Shown: positions 1 to 7,988 of the stretch, one piece after another
How positions within the stretch are numbered: the stretch's first letter is position 1
Layout of the letters: each line of letters starts with the position of its first letter
Origin: a virus
Taxonomy: Duplodnaviria; Caudoviricetes
DNA length: 30,645 nt
Strand: one strand, 5' to 3'
Virus record (IMG/VR): IMGVR_UViG_3300038530_001055
Coordinates: 1 to 30,645 of that record
The notes under the pieces: model-generated
What the model was told of the DNA's origin: nothing
Database searches by the model: none
Seen by the model: the letters and a program-made list of their open reading frames with translations, nothing else
Made by a program: the position numbers and the translations under genes

Positions 1-11
1 CACCATCAGAT

Positions 12-218
12 ATGAAATTAAAGCATGTCGTAGAGGCCATAGAAGATTTAGAAAATATTTTTTCCGTTTGGGATGAAAATGTTTTCGTAGATTTTAGCGG
101 AATTTGTGCCCCCATAGACACTACAGGGCTCGATGAAAGTGATGTCAAAAAGATAGAACGTATGCACACTGTTTTAAGACATTTAGGAAGTGTTAGAGAA
201 AAATGGGAGATAGCGTAA
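12..218 (+). CDS. Hypothetical phage protein (68 aa)
   Basis: ORF whose TAA overlaps the next ATG (TAATG at 216-220). Confidence 0.6.
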   Translation: MKLKHVVEAIEDLENIFSVWDENVFVDFSGICAPIDTTGLDESDVKKIERMHTVLRHLGSVREKWEIA

Positions 219-715
219 TGAGCACGAGAGCAGTTTATTTTTTTAATGATATGTTTAGAGATGGCAAAGATTCTGTAAATATATATGGAGTGTATAAACA
301 CTATGATAATTATCCAGAAGGTGCGGCACATCACATTGAAGCGGCAAAGGATTATGCTTGGAGACTGCCAAGGTTCGAGGCTGACGAATTTGCGGCCGCG
401 TTTGTGGCGGCCAACAAGAACAAAAGTGGTGGCGAGGTAAGGCTGATACCATTGTTTGACCATACTTCAAGGCGGCAGGTAATGGATGACCATAAATGGT
501 GTGAATATTACTATGACATTACATACGATGAGGTTGTTGGTGATTTAGTAGTTCATACCTTTGAAAAAAGATACAACGACAAAATCAGGGAATATGTTTG
601 GGAGTTAATAAACTACATGCCGCATCAACAAATGTTGCGTTCATTTGTAGGGAGCAATGACTTAGTCATGCCAGATAAAAAGCTACCATGGAAGGCAGTT
701 GGAGAAAAAGGATGA
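218..715 (+). CDS. Conserved-type hypothetical phage protein (MSTRA...YKHYDNYPEG motif)
   Basis: Start moved to ATG 218 (TAATG coupling, GGAG upstream); MSTR-x(n)-YxHxDxYP pattern recurs in small phage proteins. Confidence 0.75.
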   Translation: MSTRAVYFFNDMFRDGKDSVNIYGVYKHYDNYPEGAAHHIEAAKDYAWRLPRFEADEFAAAFVAANKNKSGGEVRLIPLFDHTSRRQVMDDHKWCEYYYDITYDEVVGDLVVHTFEKRYNDKIREYVWELINYMPHQQMLRSFVGSNDLVMPDKKLPWKAVGEKG

Positions 716-966
716 TTAACTTTAAATATTTAATGGATGGTTTCCCAAAAAACAAAGACCAAGCAGAGGATCTATGGCAACAAATCTGTAGCTCACTTGC
801 ACCAGAGAATTTGCATGAAGATGGTGAGATATCGGATGCAGAGGCAGATGATAAGTTCATGGATATCCACCGAGATGCACGACTGTTGGCTATCGTGTGG
901 CCGTGTCCACAACATATTGCTGACAGGTGCGATGACGATATTTCGATGTATGTAAGGAGAACGTAA
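712..966 (+). CDS. Hypothetical phage protein (LAPENLHEDGE motif)
   Basis: ATGA overlap with the previous stop, GGAG RBS upstream; acidic small protein. Confidence 0.7.
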   Translation: MINFKYLMDGFPKNKDQAEDLWQQICSSLAPENLHEDGEISDAEADDKFMDIHRDARLLAIVWPCPQHIADRCDDDISMYVRRT

Positions 967-1140
967 ATGGATTTAGAATGGTACGATGAACCTGTGACAG
1001 TAGAGCAAGTAAAAAATTGGGTTGGTAGTGAATGGACATTCGACAATCTTTGTTTGCTTTTAGCTGAGTTAGCAAATGGGGAATACGAAGGAGAACAATT
1101 TAAACACGACATCCATGACACTTGGAGGAGCACACAATGA
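967..1140 (+). CDS. Hypothetical protein, 57 aa (MDLEWYDEPVTVEQVKNW...), not in ORF track
   Basis: Hand-translated; AAGGAG RBS upstream; fills the gap exactly; TGA overlaps the next ATG. Confidence 0.7.
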   Translation: MDLEWYDEPVTVEQVKNWVGSEWTFDNLCLLLAELANGEYEGEQFKHDIHDTWRSTQ

Positions 1141-1451
1141 AATATTTTATTGGAAAAATTCGGGAGCAGTATGGTGAATTTGAGGTAGAGCAATCGATAC
1201 TTTTTTGTACGTCAAAAGACCCTACTGATGTTTTGGAGATAATCGCTAGAGGTTGGTATGGTCAGGATGAGCATGACTCTGACGGCTTGCCCGAGGGTAT
1301 GTACTGGAACTGTGGCGAGATGGCCTATGGGGCAGGAAATCATTACGAGGTTACTGCCGATACATATAACGAGTTAAAAGATAAACGGATTTTTGTGGAG
1401 TTGTATTCCTATGAAAAGCCGCTTTGGAGCAGAGAACATGACACGATATGA
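1137..1451 (+). CDS. Hypothetical phage protein (MKYFIGKIRE...)
   Basis: GGAGGAG RBS, ATGA overlap at 1137-1140. Confidence 0.7.
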   Translation: MKYFIGKIREQYGEFEVEQSILFCTSKDPTDVLEIIARGWYGQDEHDSDGLPEGMYWNCGEMAYGAGNHYEVTADTYNELKDKRIFVELYSYEKPLWSREHDTI

Positions 1452-1581
1452 TTTATTGCAAACATTGGAAATGATTTTTCCTAACAAAGAAGAAAATGAT
1501 TCTTGGTTTGTTGCAAGCGAAGATGAAGGAATAGTTAGAATAGCATTTGTCGTAGATATAGAGGAGGAAACAGATGCCTAG
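1438..1581 (+). CDS. Hypothetical protein, 47 aa (MTRYDLLQTLE...)
   Basis: GGAG 8 nt upstream of ATG 1438; fills the gap between neighbours. Confidence 0.6.
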   Translation: MTRYDLLQTLEMIFPNKEENDSWFVASEDEGIVRIAFVVDIEEETDA

Positions 1582-1987
1582 AATAATGATAGAATGGGAA
1601 TGGCAGGATGCCTTCAGTAAATGGGGGTTCATGGACGGAGATGGATGGAACGGAACGCATCTTGTCAGTAAGTTTATCGAGTCACTTGGGTACGAGGTCG
1701 AGTGTGATACTTGGGGTATTCATAACTATATGATTTTCGACATCAGGGAAAAGATAGCAGGGACGGACGCAACAGTTTCTATCTTGTTTAATCCTGACAA
1801 TCATATTGGCGATGATCTAGATGATTGGAACGAGGAATGCCGCAAGCGCATAGATGCGTACTATCCAGACAAAGTAGGGGGGAAGTTTGATCCATTAGGA
1901 TATGCAGAGCCCGAGTCTTATTTGCCGCAGGATTTAATTGATTCTTTGAACGAAGAGTTTCACAACGAGTATGAGGTGTACGAATGA
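1574..1987 (+). CDS. Hypothetical acidic phage protein (137 aa)
   Basis: GAGGAGG RBS; Trp/Asp/Glu-rich ORF; stop overlaps the next start. Confidence 0.75.
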   Translation: MPRIMIEWEWQDAFSKWGFMDGDGWNGTHLVSKFIESLGYEVECDTWGIHNYMIFDIREKIAGTDATVSILFNPDNHIGDDLDDWNEECRKRIDAYYPDKVGGKFDPLGYAEPESYLPQDLIDSLNEEFHNEYEVYE

Positions 1988-2160
1988 GTAAGATTTATAC
2001 TTTGAAAAACACACTCGATGGTAGTGTTGTGAAGTGGACACTGCCTGAAATACTGGAGGAGATAAACCGAGACAGGTCTGACGAATGGTCTGACTATGAT
2101 GAGTGGGATTGGAAAGAGGGGCTCGATACTTTTACCGAGTATGAGTTGGTGCAAGAATGA
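1984..2160 (+). CDS. Hypothetical protein, 58 aa (MSKIYTLKNT...INRDRSDEWSDYDEWDWKEG), not in ORF track
   Basis: Hand-translated; ATGA overlaps at both ends; GAGGTG RBS. Confidence 0.7.
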   Translation: MSKIYTLKNTLDGSVVKWTLPEILEEINRDRSDEWSDYDEWDWKEGLDTFTEYELVQE

Positions 2161-2579
2161 TAGAGACTGCATTAGTATGCCTCGCACTTAACATCTACCA
2201 TGAAGCTCGTAACCAACCAACGATAGGTCAAGTGGCCGTGGGTCAGGTAGTAATGAATCGTGTTAGGGATGAAAGATTCCCTGACACGGTGTGTGGGGTT
2301 GTCAAACAGGGGCAGACCTATTCTTGGCAGCCCGACCTTCCAATTAGAAACAAGTGTCAGTTTAGTTGGTGGTGCGATGGTAAGAGCGATAGGCCGCAGG
2401 ATGAGGAGGCTTGGGAGCGTGCTCTATTGTTAGCATCAGGAGTATATCTGGACAAACTACATGATTTTGTGGAAGGATCAACACATTACCATGCCATTTA
2501 TGTCTTACCAGACTGGCATGAAAGCAAACAATATGTGGTCAGGATTAATGACCATGTGTTCTACAAATGGGAAAAATGA
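2157..2579 (+). CDS. Cell wall hydrolase, SleB/CwlJ (Hydrolase_2) family
   Basis: CLALNIYHEAR (catalytic Glu), AVGQVVMNRV, FPDTVCGVVKQ, CQFSWWCDG, ATHYH-like STHYH and HVFY motifs. Confidence 0.9.
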   Translation: MIETALVCLALNIYHEARNQPTIGQVAVGQVVMNRVRDERFPDTVCGVVKQGQTYSWQPDLPIRNKCQFSWWCDGKSDRPQDEEAWERALLLASGVYLDKLHDFVEGSTHYHAIYVLPDWHESKQYVVRINDHVFYKWEK

Positions 2580-2580
2580 C

Positions 2581-2679
2581 ATGAACTTTATAAAAAAAAT
2601 TATCTCTTTTTTATTTAGAGATCCAAAAAGAAAAGATGCTACTACCAAGGTTTCTGGTGTGGGTGGCAGGTCGAAATAA
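2581..2679 (+). CDS. Hypothetical 32-aa basic peptide (MNFIKKIISFLFRDPK...)
   Basis: Fills the gap; TAATG coupling to the next gene; amphipathic N-terminus. Confidence 0.45.
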   Translation: MNFIKKIISFLFRDPKRKDATTKVSGVGGRSK

Positions 2680-2876
2680 TGTGGAAGCGTTGTAGAGTTT
2701 GCGGTGAAAAGGCAGACGCAATAGAGAACAGCACGCCTTATTGTGCAGACCATTGGTTTAAATATTTTACAAATGAAGGAGGTTTATATGGGAAAGATGA
2801 GCGATCTAGCAATCGAGCTAGAGGAGATGGAATTAAGCTTGGAAGAGTTTCGGAAACAGATACACGAACTCAATGA
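2679..2876 (+). CDS. Small putative zinc-binding protein
   Basis: CxxC-x13-CxxH (CRVC...CADH); 3' end overlaps the next gene. Confidence 0.55.
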   Translation: MWKRCRVCGEKADAIENSTPYCADHWFKYFTNEGGLYGKDERSSNRARGDGIKLGRVSETDTRTQ

Positions 2877-3000
2877 TGCTGTTATCAATTTCACACCACC
2901 AAAACCTACACGGCAGACCAGAGCCAAGACAAACTCTAAGAAGGCTAGAAACATGAGCGGATGGAGAAGAGGCCTGGAACTTGGAGGTAATTTAAAATGA
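2788..3000 (+). CDS. Hypothetical protein (MGKMSDLAIELEE...), coiled-coil N-terminus and basic C-terminus
   Basis: Strong AAGGAGGT RBS before ATG 2788. Confidence 0.65.
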   Translation: MGKMSDLAIELEEMELSLEEFRKQIHELNDAVINFTPPKPTRQTRAKTNSKKARNMSGWRRGLELGGNLK

Positions 3001-3173
3001 TAGAAGATGATATGGGTTTCCTTCTCAAGATACACGATGAGTATCAGGACGGAAAAATAAATTTAAACGAAGCAATTCGCAGGGCTCAACAGGTTTTGGA
3101 TTTATCAGAGGATTCTTTGAAAAAAGTATTCACGGATATCGAAAGAAACAATGTGGTTAAGATCGCAGGCTAA
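2997..3173 (+). CDS. Hypothetical protein, 58 aa (MIEDDMGFLLKIHDEYQ...), not in ORF track
   Basis: Hand-translated; GGAGGT RBS; ATGA and TAATG overlaps with its neighbours. Confidence 0.7.
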   Translation: MIEDDMGFLLKIHDEYQDGKINLNEAIRRAQQVLDLSEDSLKKVFTDIERNNVVKIAG

Positions 3174-4624
3174 TGTTTAGATATAAAACACCACCATACG
3201 CCCACCAAGAAGAGGCACTTCGCAGGTCTTATGACAAGAAGAACTATGCCTATTTTATGGAGATGGGATGCGGCAAGTCTAAGGTATTGATAGATAATAT
3301 CGTATGGCTCTATGACATTGGTCATATAGATACGGCTATTATCATTGCACCCAAGGGTGTGTATCGAAACTGGGAGCTCTCAGAAATACCTGCACACATG
3401 CCTGATCACGTTGACCATAGGGTGGACGTATGGAAACCAAGCCCCAACAAGGCAGAAAAAGAAAAACTTATGGAAGGGGCAACAGAAGAGAGAAAACGAT
3501 TAAGAATACTTCTTATTAACGTAGAGGCTTTTGGATCAACAACTAAGAAACTGAGTTTATATCTGGCAAGCTACATAGATAACTGCAAGTTTATGTTGGC
3601 CGTGGACGAGAGCACGACCATAAAAAACCCAAAGGCCAAACGGACAAAGAACATCATACAGTTTGGCAAGCAGGCAGGATACAAGCGCATATTAACAGGC
3701 TCTCCAGTAACAAAGTCACCTATGGATCTATTTTCGCAGTGTGAGTTTATGGACAAATCACTGCTGAACCATGATAGTTATTGGTCGTTTCAGGGTCGGT
3801 ATGCTGTAACACGCACACAAAAAATGGGCAGTCATAGTTTTCAAATGATTGTAGGGTACAGAAACTTAGAAGAACTATCCGAAAAGTTAGACAAGTTTTC
3901 GTTTCGTGTAACAAAAGAGCAGGCTCTGGATTTACCAGACAAGATATATACAACTCGTGGTGTGTCTTTAACGGACGAACAACTCGAATACTATGTATCA
4001 CTCAAAAACGTAGCAGTCGCACTGCTCGAGGGCGGTGATTTGGTATCAGCCCCCGCAGTTATGACACAACTTCTGCGCTTGCAACAAGTGCTCTGTGGTC
4101 ATGTGATGACGGACGATGGTGAGCTAGTAGAGATACCTTCGAGAAGAATAGATGCACTACTCGATACGATAGAAGAGATGCAGGGCAAGATAATTATATG
4201 GTCGCGGTTTAGGTATGACATAAAGAAGATAGCTAAAGTTCTCAAAGATAAGTTTGGTGAGGGCTCTGCGGTTACATTCTTCGGTGACACAACTGACAAC
4301 GAAAGACAGAACGCGATAGAAAGTTTTGAGAGAGGTGAGGCACGATTCTTTGTGGCAAACCCACAGACCGCAGGTCGGGGGCTCACGTTGAATGCAGCAA
4401 CGAATGTGATCTATTACTCAAATGATTTTAATCTCGAGACACGCATGCAGTCCGAGGACCGATGTCATCGTATCGGTCAGCACAACAAGGTGCTGTATGT
4501 GGATCTTGTGTGCCGTGGTACGGTAGATGTGCACATTGTAAAGACATTACAAGGTAAGATTAAGATATCTGCCGCAACATTAGGAGAGAAAGTTAAGGAA
4601 TGGTTGAGCATATCAACAAAATAA
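3173..4624 (+). CDS. SNF2-family (SF2) helicase/ATPase
   Basis: Motif I EMGCGKS, II VDEST, III LTGSP, V GRGLTL, VI QSEDRCHRIGQ. Confidence 0.93.
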   Translation: MFRYKTPPYAHQEEALRRSYDKKNYAYFMEMGCGKSKVLIDNIVWLYDIGHIDTAIIIAPKGVYRNWELSEIPAHMPDHVDHRVDVWKPSPNKAEKEKLMEGATEERKRLRILLINVEAFGSTTKKLSLYLASYIDNCKFMLAVDESTTIKNPKAKRTKNIIQFGKQAGYKRILTGSPVTKSPMDLFSQCEFMDKSLLNHDSYWSFQGRYAVTRTQKMGSHSFQMIVGYRNLEELSEKLDKFSFRVTKEQALDLPDKIYTTRGVSLTDEQLEYYVSLKNVAVALLEGGDLVSAPAVMTQLLRLQQVLCGHVMTDDGELVEIPSRRIDALLDTIEEMQGKIIIWSRFRYDIKKIAKVLKDKFGEGSAVTFFGDTTDNERQNAIESFERGEARFFVANPQTAGRGLTLNAATNVIYYSNDFNLETRMQSEDRCHRIGQHNKVLYVDLVCRGTVDVHIVKTLQGKIKISAATLGEKVKEWLSISTK

Positions 4625-4638
4625 TGGTAATTGTTGGG

Positions 4639-4668
4639 TTGACATGAACTTATCATTGCTTATATAAC
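4639..4668 (+). promoter_or_regulatory. Putative sigma70-type promoter for the replication operon
   Basis: Perfect TTGACA (4639-4644) followed after 16-18 nt by TATATAAC (4661-4668), in the first sizeable intergenic gap. Confidence 0.65.
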
Positions 4669-4704
4669 AAAACTAGAGACTTTAAATTATTACAGGAGAT
4701 TTGA

Positions 4705-4878
4705 TTGGATACTACGAAGTTTAAATCTGTGGCCGTCTATGTAGATGCCCATGAAAAAGTAAAAGAGCTCGCCTATCAGGGTAGAAGAAGTGTTCCTAAA
4801 CAAATGGAGCTACTGATAGACAAAGCTTGGGAAGAACATTTGGCAAGCAAGAAGCTTGACGGTGTGAAGAAAAAGTAG
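4705..4878 (+). CDS. Putative ribbon-helix-helix (Arc/MetJ-like) DNA-binding protein, 57 aa, not in ORF track
   Basis: TTG start with AGGAG RBS; MDTTKFKSVAV (strand) YVDAHEKVKELAYQG (helix) RRSVPKQMELLIDKAW (helix). Confidence 0.7.
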   Translation: MDTTKFKSVAVYVDAHEKVKELAYQGRRSVPKQMELLIDKAWEEHLASKKLDGVKKK

Positions 4879-4937
4879 GACACTACTAAACCACCCGAAG
4901 GGGTAAAACTTTATTTTATATTCAAGAAGGAGAAGAC

Positions 4938-5507
4938 ATGAACGATTATGATTTATTCGCGCATATAGAACAAAAGATTGATGCAAGTAAGTTTGACGAA
5001 GTATCTACAGAAGGTGTTTCGGATCTATCTACACTTGTACGCAGGAAACTACAGATTGACAAAGACATTGAGGATGCAGAACAGCATCTTAAAAATCTAA
5101 AGTTTCAGGCAACTAAGATTTCCACAGAAGATATCCCTGCTCTCATGCAAAAGATGGGTGCCAATAAACTAGGGGTCGATGACCATGAGGTTAAGATCGT
5201 GCCCTTTGTTCATGCACGAATAAGCGAAGAGAACAAGGACAAGGCTCACGGATTTATTCGGTCAGTGGGCGAAGGAGATATCATCAAGAACGAAGTAACT
5301 GTAAATTTTTCTGCGGGTCAGGACAATGAAGCAGGTGCGTTTGTAGATGAACTTAGAAGTCAAGGTAAAGATCCAAACCAGAAAACATATGTACATCATT
5401 CCAAGTTGAAGGCATGGGTTAAAGACAGAATCTCAAAAGGTGAATCAATAGACATGGATTTATTTTCAGTATTCACAGGTAACGAAGCAAAAATTACAAG
5501 GAAATAG
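4938..5507 (+). CDS. Conserved phage replication-module protein of unknown function (189 aa)
   Basis: AAGGAG RBS; coiled-coil N-half, GDIIKN and VHxxKLKAW motifs of a family usually found before phage SSB-like genes. Confidence 0.75.
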   Translation: MNDYDLFAHIEQKIDASKFDEVSTEGVSDLSTLVRRKLQIDKDIEDAEQHLKNLKFQATKISTEDIPALMQKMGANKLGVDDHEVKIVPFVHARISEENKDKAHGFIRSVGEGDIIKNEVTVNFSAGQDNEAGAFVDELRSQGKDPNQKTYVHHSKLKAWVKDRISKGESIDMDLFSVFTGNEAKITRK

Positions 5508-5509
5508 TT

Positions 5510-6304
5510 ATGACAGAAGCAGTAGCAAAGAAAAAAGAAACAGCAGTAGCTAATATTATGGAACAGTTCGAGGCTCATGCAGGAGCAGGCATGGATTCGA
5601 TTGGCACGGAGGATATGCAGATACCATTCTTGCGTATCTTGCAACCACTCAGCCCACAACTCCTCAAGACAGACCCAAAGTTTATTAAGGGTGCGTCAGC
5701 AGGAGACTTGTTCAATACAGTAACAGGTCAGGTGTGGGATCCAGAAGAAGGTGTTGTTGTGATACCTTGTGGGTATACAACTAAGTATCTCGAGTTCTCA
5801 TTCAGAGAAGAGGGTGGTGGATTTGTCCAGGAATTGAACCCAACCAATCCAGATATTCAGAAGGTAGAACGTGTTGGCTCGTCTGAAAAGCTACCTTCTG
5901 GCAACGAGCTCGTGCGTACCGCACAACACTTGGTCATGATCGTGGACGAAGACGGTGGTACACAAAGTGCTGTGTGTGATATGAAAAAGACACAATTAAA
6001 AGTGTCAAGACGTTGGAATACTCAGATGCGTATGTTGCAGTACAAGGGCAAGAAGGGCCTCTACAATCCACCGATGTGGGCAACAGTATGGAAGTTGAAA
6101 ACAATCCAAGAGTCTAATGACAAAGGTTCGTGGTTCAACTTCGATGTATCTAAGATGGAGCCTACCGATGTGCCTTTCCCTGCTATCGAGGCGGCCAGGA
6201 CACTCTTTGATAGTTTCACAAAAGGTGAGATACAAACTTCGAGTGTAAGTTCAGACGAAATAGATGACTCTCCAGAGTCTACTGATGGTGACTTACCCTT
6301 TTAA
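5510..6304 (+). CDS. Putative single-stranded DNA-binding protein
   Basis: IPFLRILQPLSPQ N-terminal motif, NDKGSWF, acidic tail ending DGDLPF; position in the replication module. Confidence 0.6.
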   Translation: MTEAVAKKKETAVANIMEQFEAHAGAGMDSIGTEDMQIPFLRILQPLSPQLLKTDPKFIKGASAGDLFNTVTGQVWDPEEGVVVIPCGYTTKYLEFSFREEGGGFVQELNPTNPDIQKVERVGSSEKLPSGNELVRTAQHLVMIVDEDGGTQSAVCDMKKTQLKVSRRWNTQMRMLQYKGKKGLYNPPMWATVWKLKTIQESNDKGSWFNFDVSKMEPTDVPFPAIEAARTLFDSFTKGEIQTSSVSSDEIDDSPESTDGDLPF

Positions 6305-6307
6305 ATT

Positions 6308-6451
6308 TTGGTGAAGCTAAGTTGTTGACGGGAGTTGGAGGTCCCCGAAAGGTTATGAAAGTGCTTCATCAATGTGAGTGTATTTAATTGGCGTTTTATC
6401 CGCTCACAGGTTCCTTTCTATTTCATAACCAACCTCCACCATTATCTGGAG
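6308..6451 (+). ncRNA. Candidate structured RNA (or ssDNA) element upstream of the primase
   Basis: Four complementary pairs: 6308-17/6363-72, 6336-42/6432-38, 6351-60/6421-30, 6373-80/6401-08; mismatches are G-U compatible on the + strand. Confidence 0.5.
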
Positions 6452-6458
6452 AGAATAG

Positions 6459-7988
6459 ATGAATCAAACGCAACGGTTCATGGCGGCTTTCAAAGGGTTT
6501 GAATACGCACATGGACAGACAAAAATACAGGAAGAAAGAGTGGCCGGAAAGCAAAAGGCTAACTCTAGAATTATTCGAGAGCCTCTTACAGAAGAGCTCG
6601 TAGAGTCTCACCTAAAAGGTATCCTTGGTGTAGGATCCATTCCCATAAATGAAAACAACAAATGTAACTTTGGTGCACTGGATATTGACACTTATCCTCT
6701 AGACTTAGTAGCCTTAGATAAAAAGCTGCGGGCCGCAAAGGTTCCGTGTATCGTGTGCCGTTCTAAGTCGGGCGGTGCTCACATATTCTTCTTCTTTACA
6801 GAAGAGATACTGGCAGGAGAGTTCCGTGACAAGGCATCTGAGATTGCGTCATATCTTGGATTTGGAGGGTGCGAAATATTTCCCAAACAAGAACAAGTGC
6901 TTGTTGAGCGTGGTGATGTTGGGAACTTTATTAACCTTCCATACTTTGACTCGGAACAAACCATGCGGTATGCGGTCAAAGAGAACGGCAAGAACGCGAA
7001 GCTAACAGAGTTTCTCACACTTGTTAAGAAACGCAGTGTTTCACCAAAAGATTTTTTAAATATTAGTTTAGGTGGTCAATCAAACATGTTTAAAGATTGG
7101 CCTCCATGTTTGCGTGTGATGATGGAGCAGGGCATACCGGAAGGTACTCGAAACACAACGATGTTTAACGTAGCTATCTTATGCAAGATGATGGACCCAG
7201 ATAACTGGAAGTCAAATCATGAAAAGATTAACACGCAGTATTGTCAGCCACCACTGCCTGCCTCTGACATTGTTACGATCCAGAACCAGATGGATAAGAA
7301 AGAATATTTTTACACATGTGATCAAGAGCCAATGAAGTCTTTCTGCAACAAGACGTTATGCAAAACTTTAAAGTATGGTGTTGGCAATCAAAAAGTAACG
7401 ATGGATCTAGCAGGCCTATCTGTTGTGTTATCGGAACCAAGGCTCTGGTTCATGGATGTAAATGGCAGGAGGCTAGAGCTAACAACAGAAGAACTACAAA
7501 TGCCTGTCAGATTTCAAAGAGCCTGCATGGAGCAGTTAAGTTTTATGCCAGACACATTTAAGGCAAGTGATTGGCAGATTCTTGTTAATAGTTTGATGGA
7601 GAACCTAAACGAGATTGAAGTGCCAGATGAGCTTACATTCAAAGGACAGTTCTTTGAGCACATGGAGGCATACTGCACTGGCAGAATACAGGCGCAGAGT
7701 GCAGAAGAGATTATTCTTGGCAAGCCGTACACGAGAGAAGGATATACTTTTTTTAGATTAGATTCTCTTATGGGATTCTTGAGACAGCGTAAGTTTGATG
7801 ATTACTCGAGGGCACAAGTTCAAGAACGATTGAAGGAAATGAATGGAGGTCAAGAAGCCAATGGGGCAAAAAGTTTTAAAACGTCTAAAGAGAAATGGAA
7901 AACTATCCGTGTGTGGTGGATACCAGAATTTACCCAAGAAGTAGATGTGCCTGATGTCGAGATAGAAAAGACGGAGGTGCCCTTCTAA
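6459..7988 (+). CDS. Archaeo-eukaryotic-type primase (AEP) with PriCT-like domain
   Basis: ALDID (DxD), RSKSGGAHIFF (SxxGxH), GNFINLPY, GIPEGTRN (PriCT-1-like), Cys cluster; no Walker A so no fused helicase. Confidence 0.8.
   Translation: MNQTQRFMAAFKGFEYAHGQTKIQEERVAGKQKANSRIIREPLTEELVESHLKGILGVGSIPINENNKCNFGALDIDTYPLDLVALDKKLRAAKVPCIVCRSKSGGAHIFFFFTEEILAGEFRDKASEIASYLGFGGCEIFPKQEQVLVERGDVGNFINLPYFDSEQTMRYAVKENGKNAKLTEFLTLVKKRSVSPKDFLNISLGGQSNMFKDWPPCLRVMMEQGIPEGTRNTTMFNVAILCKMMDPDNWKSNHEKINTQYCQPPLPASDIVTIQNQMDKKEYFYTCDQEPMKSFCNKTLCKTLKYGVGNQKVTMDLAGLSVVLSEPRLWFMDVNGRRLELTTEELQMPVRFQRACMEQLSFMPDTFKASDWQILVNSLMENLNEIEVPDELTFKGQFFEHMEAYCTGRIQAQSAEEIILGKPYTREGYTFFRLDSLMGFLRQRKFDDYSRAQVQERLKEMNGGQEANGAKSFKTSKEKWKTIRVWWIPEFTQEVDVPDVEIEKTEVPF

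Noticed and set aside
6321-6432. Possible hammerhead ribozyme (stem followed by GAAA and a long stem)
   Set aside because: Lacks the CUGAnGA core and the UH cleavage motif at the base of the stem
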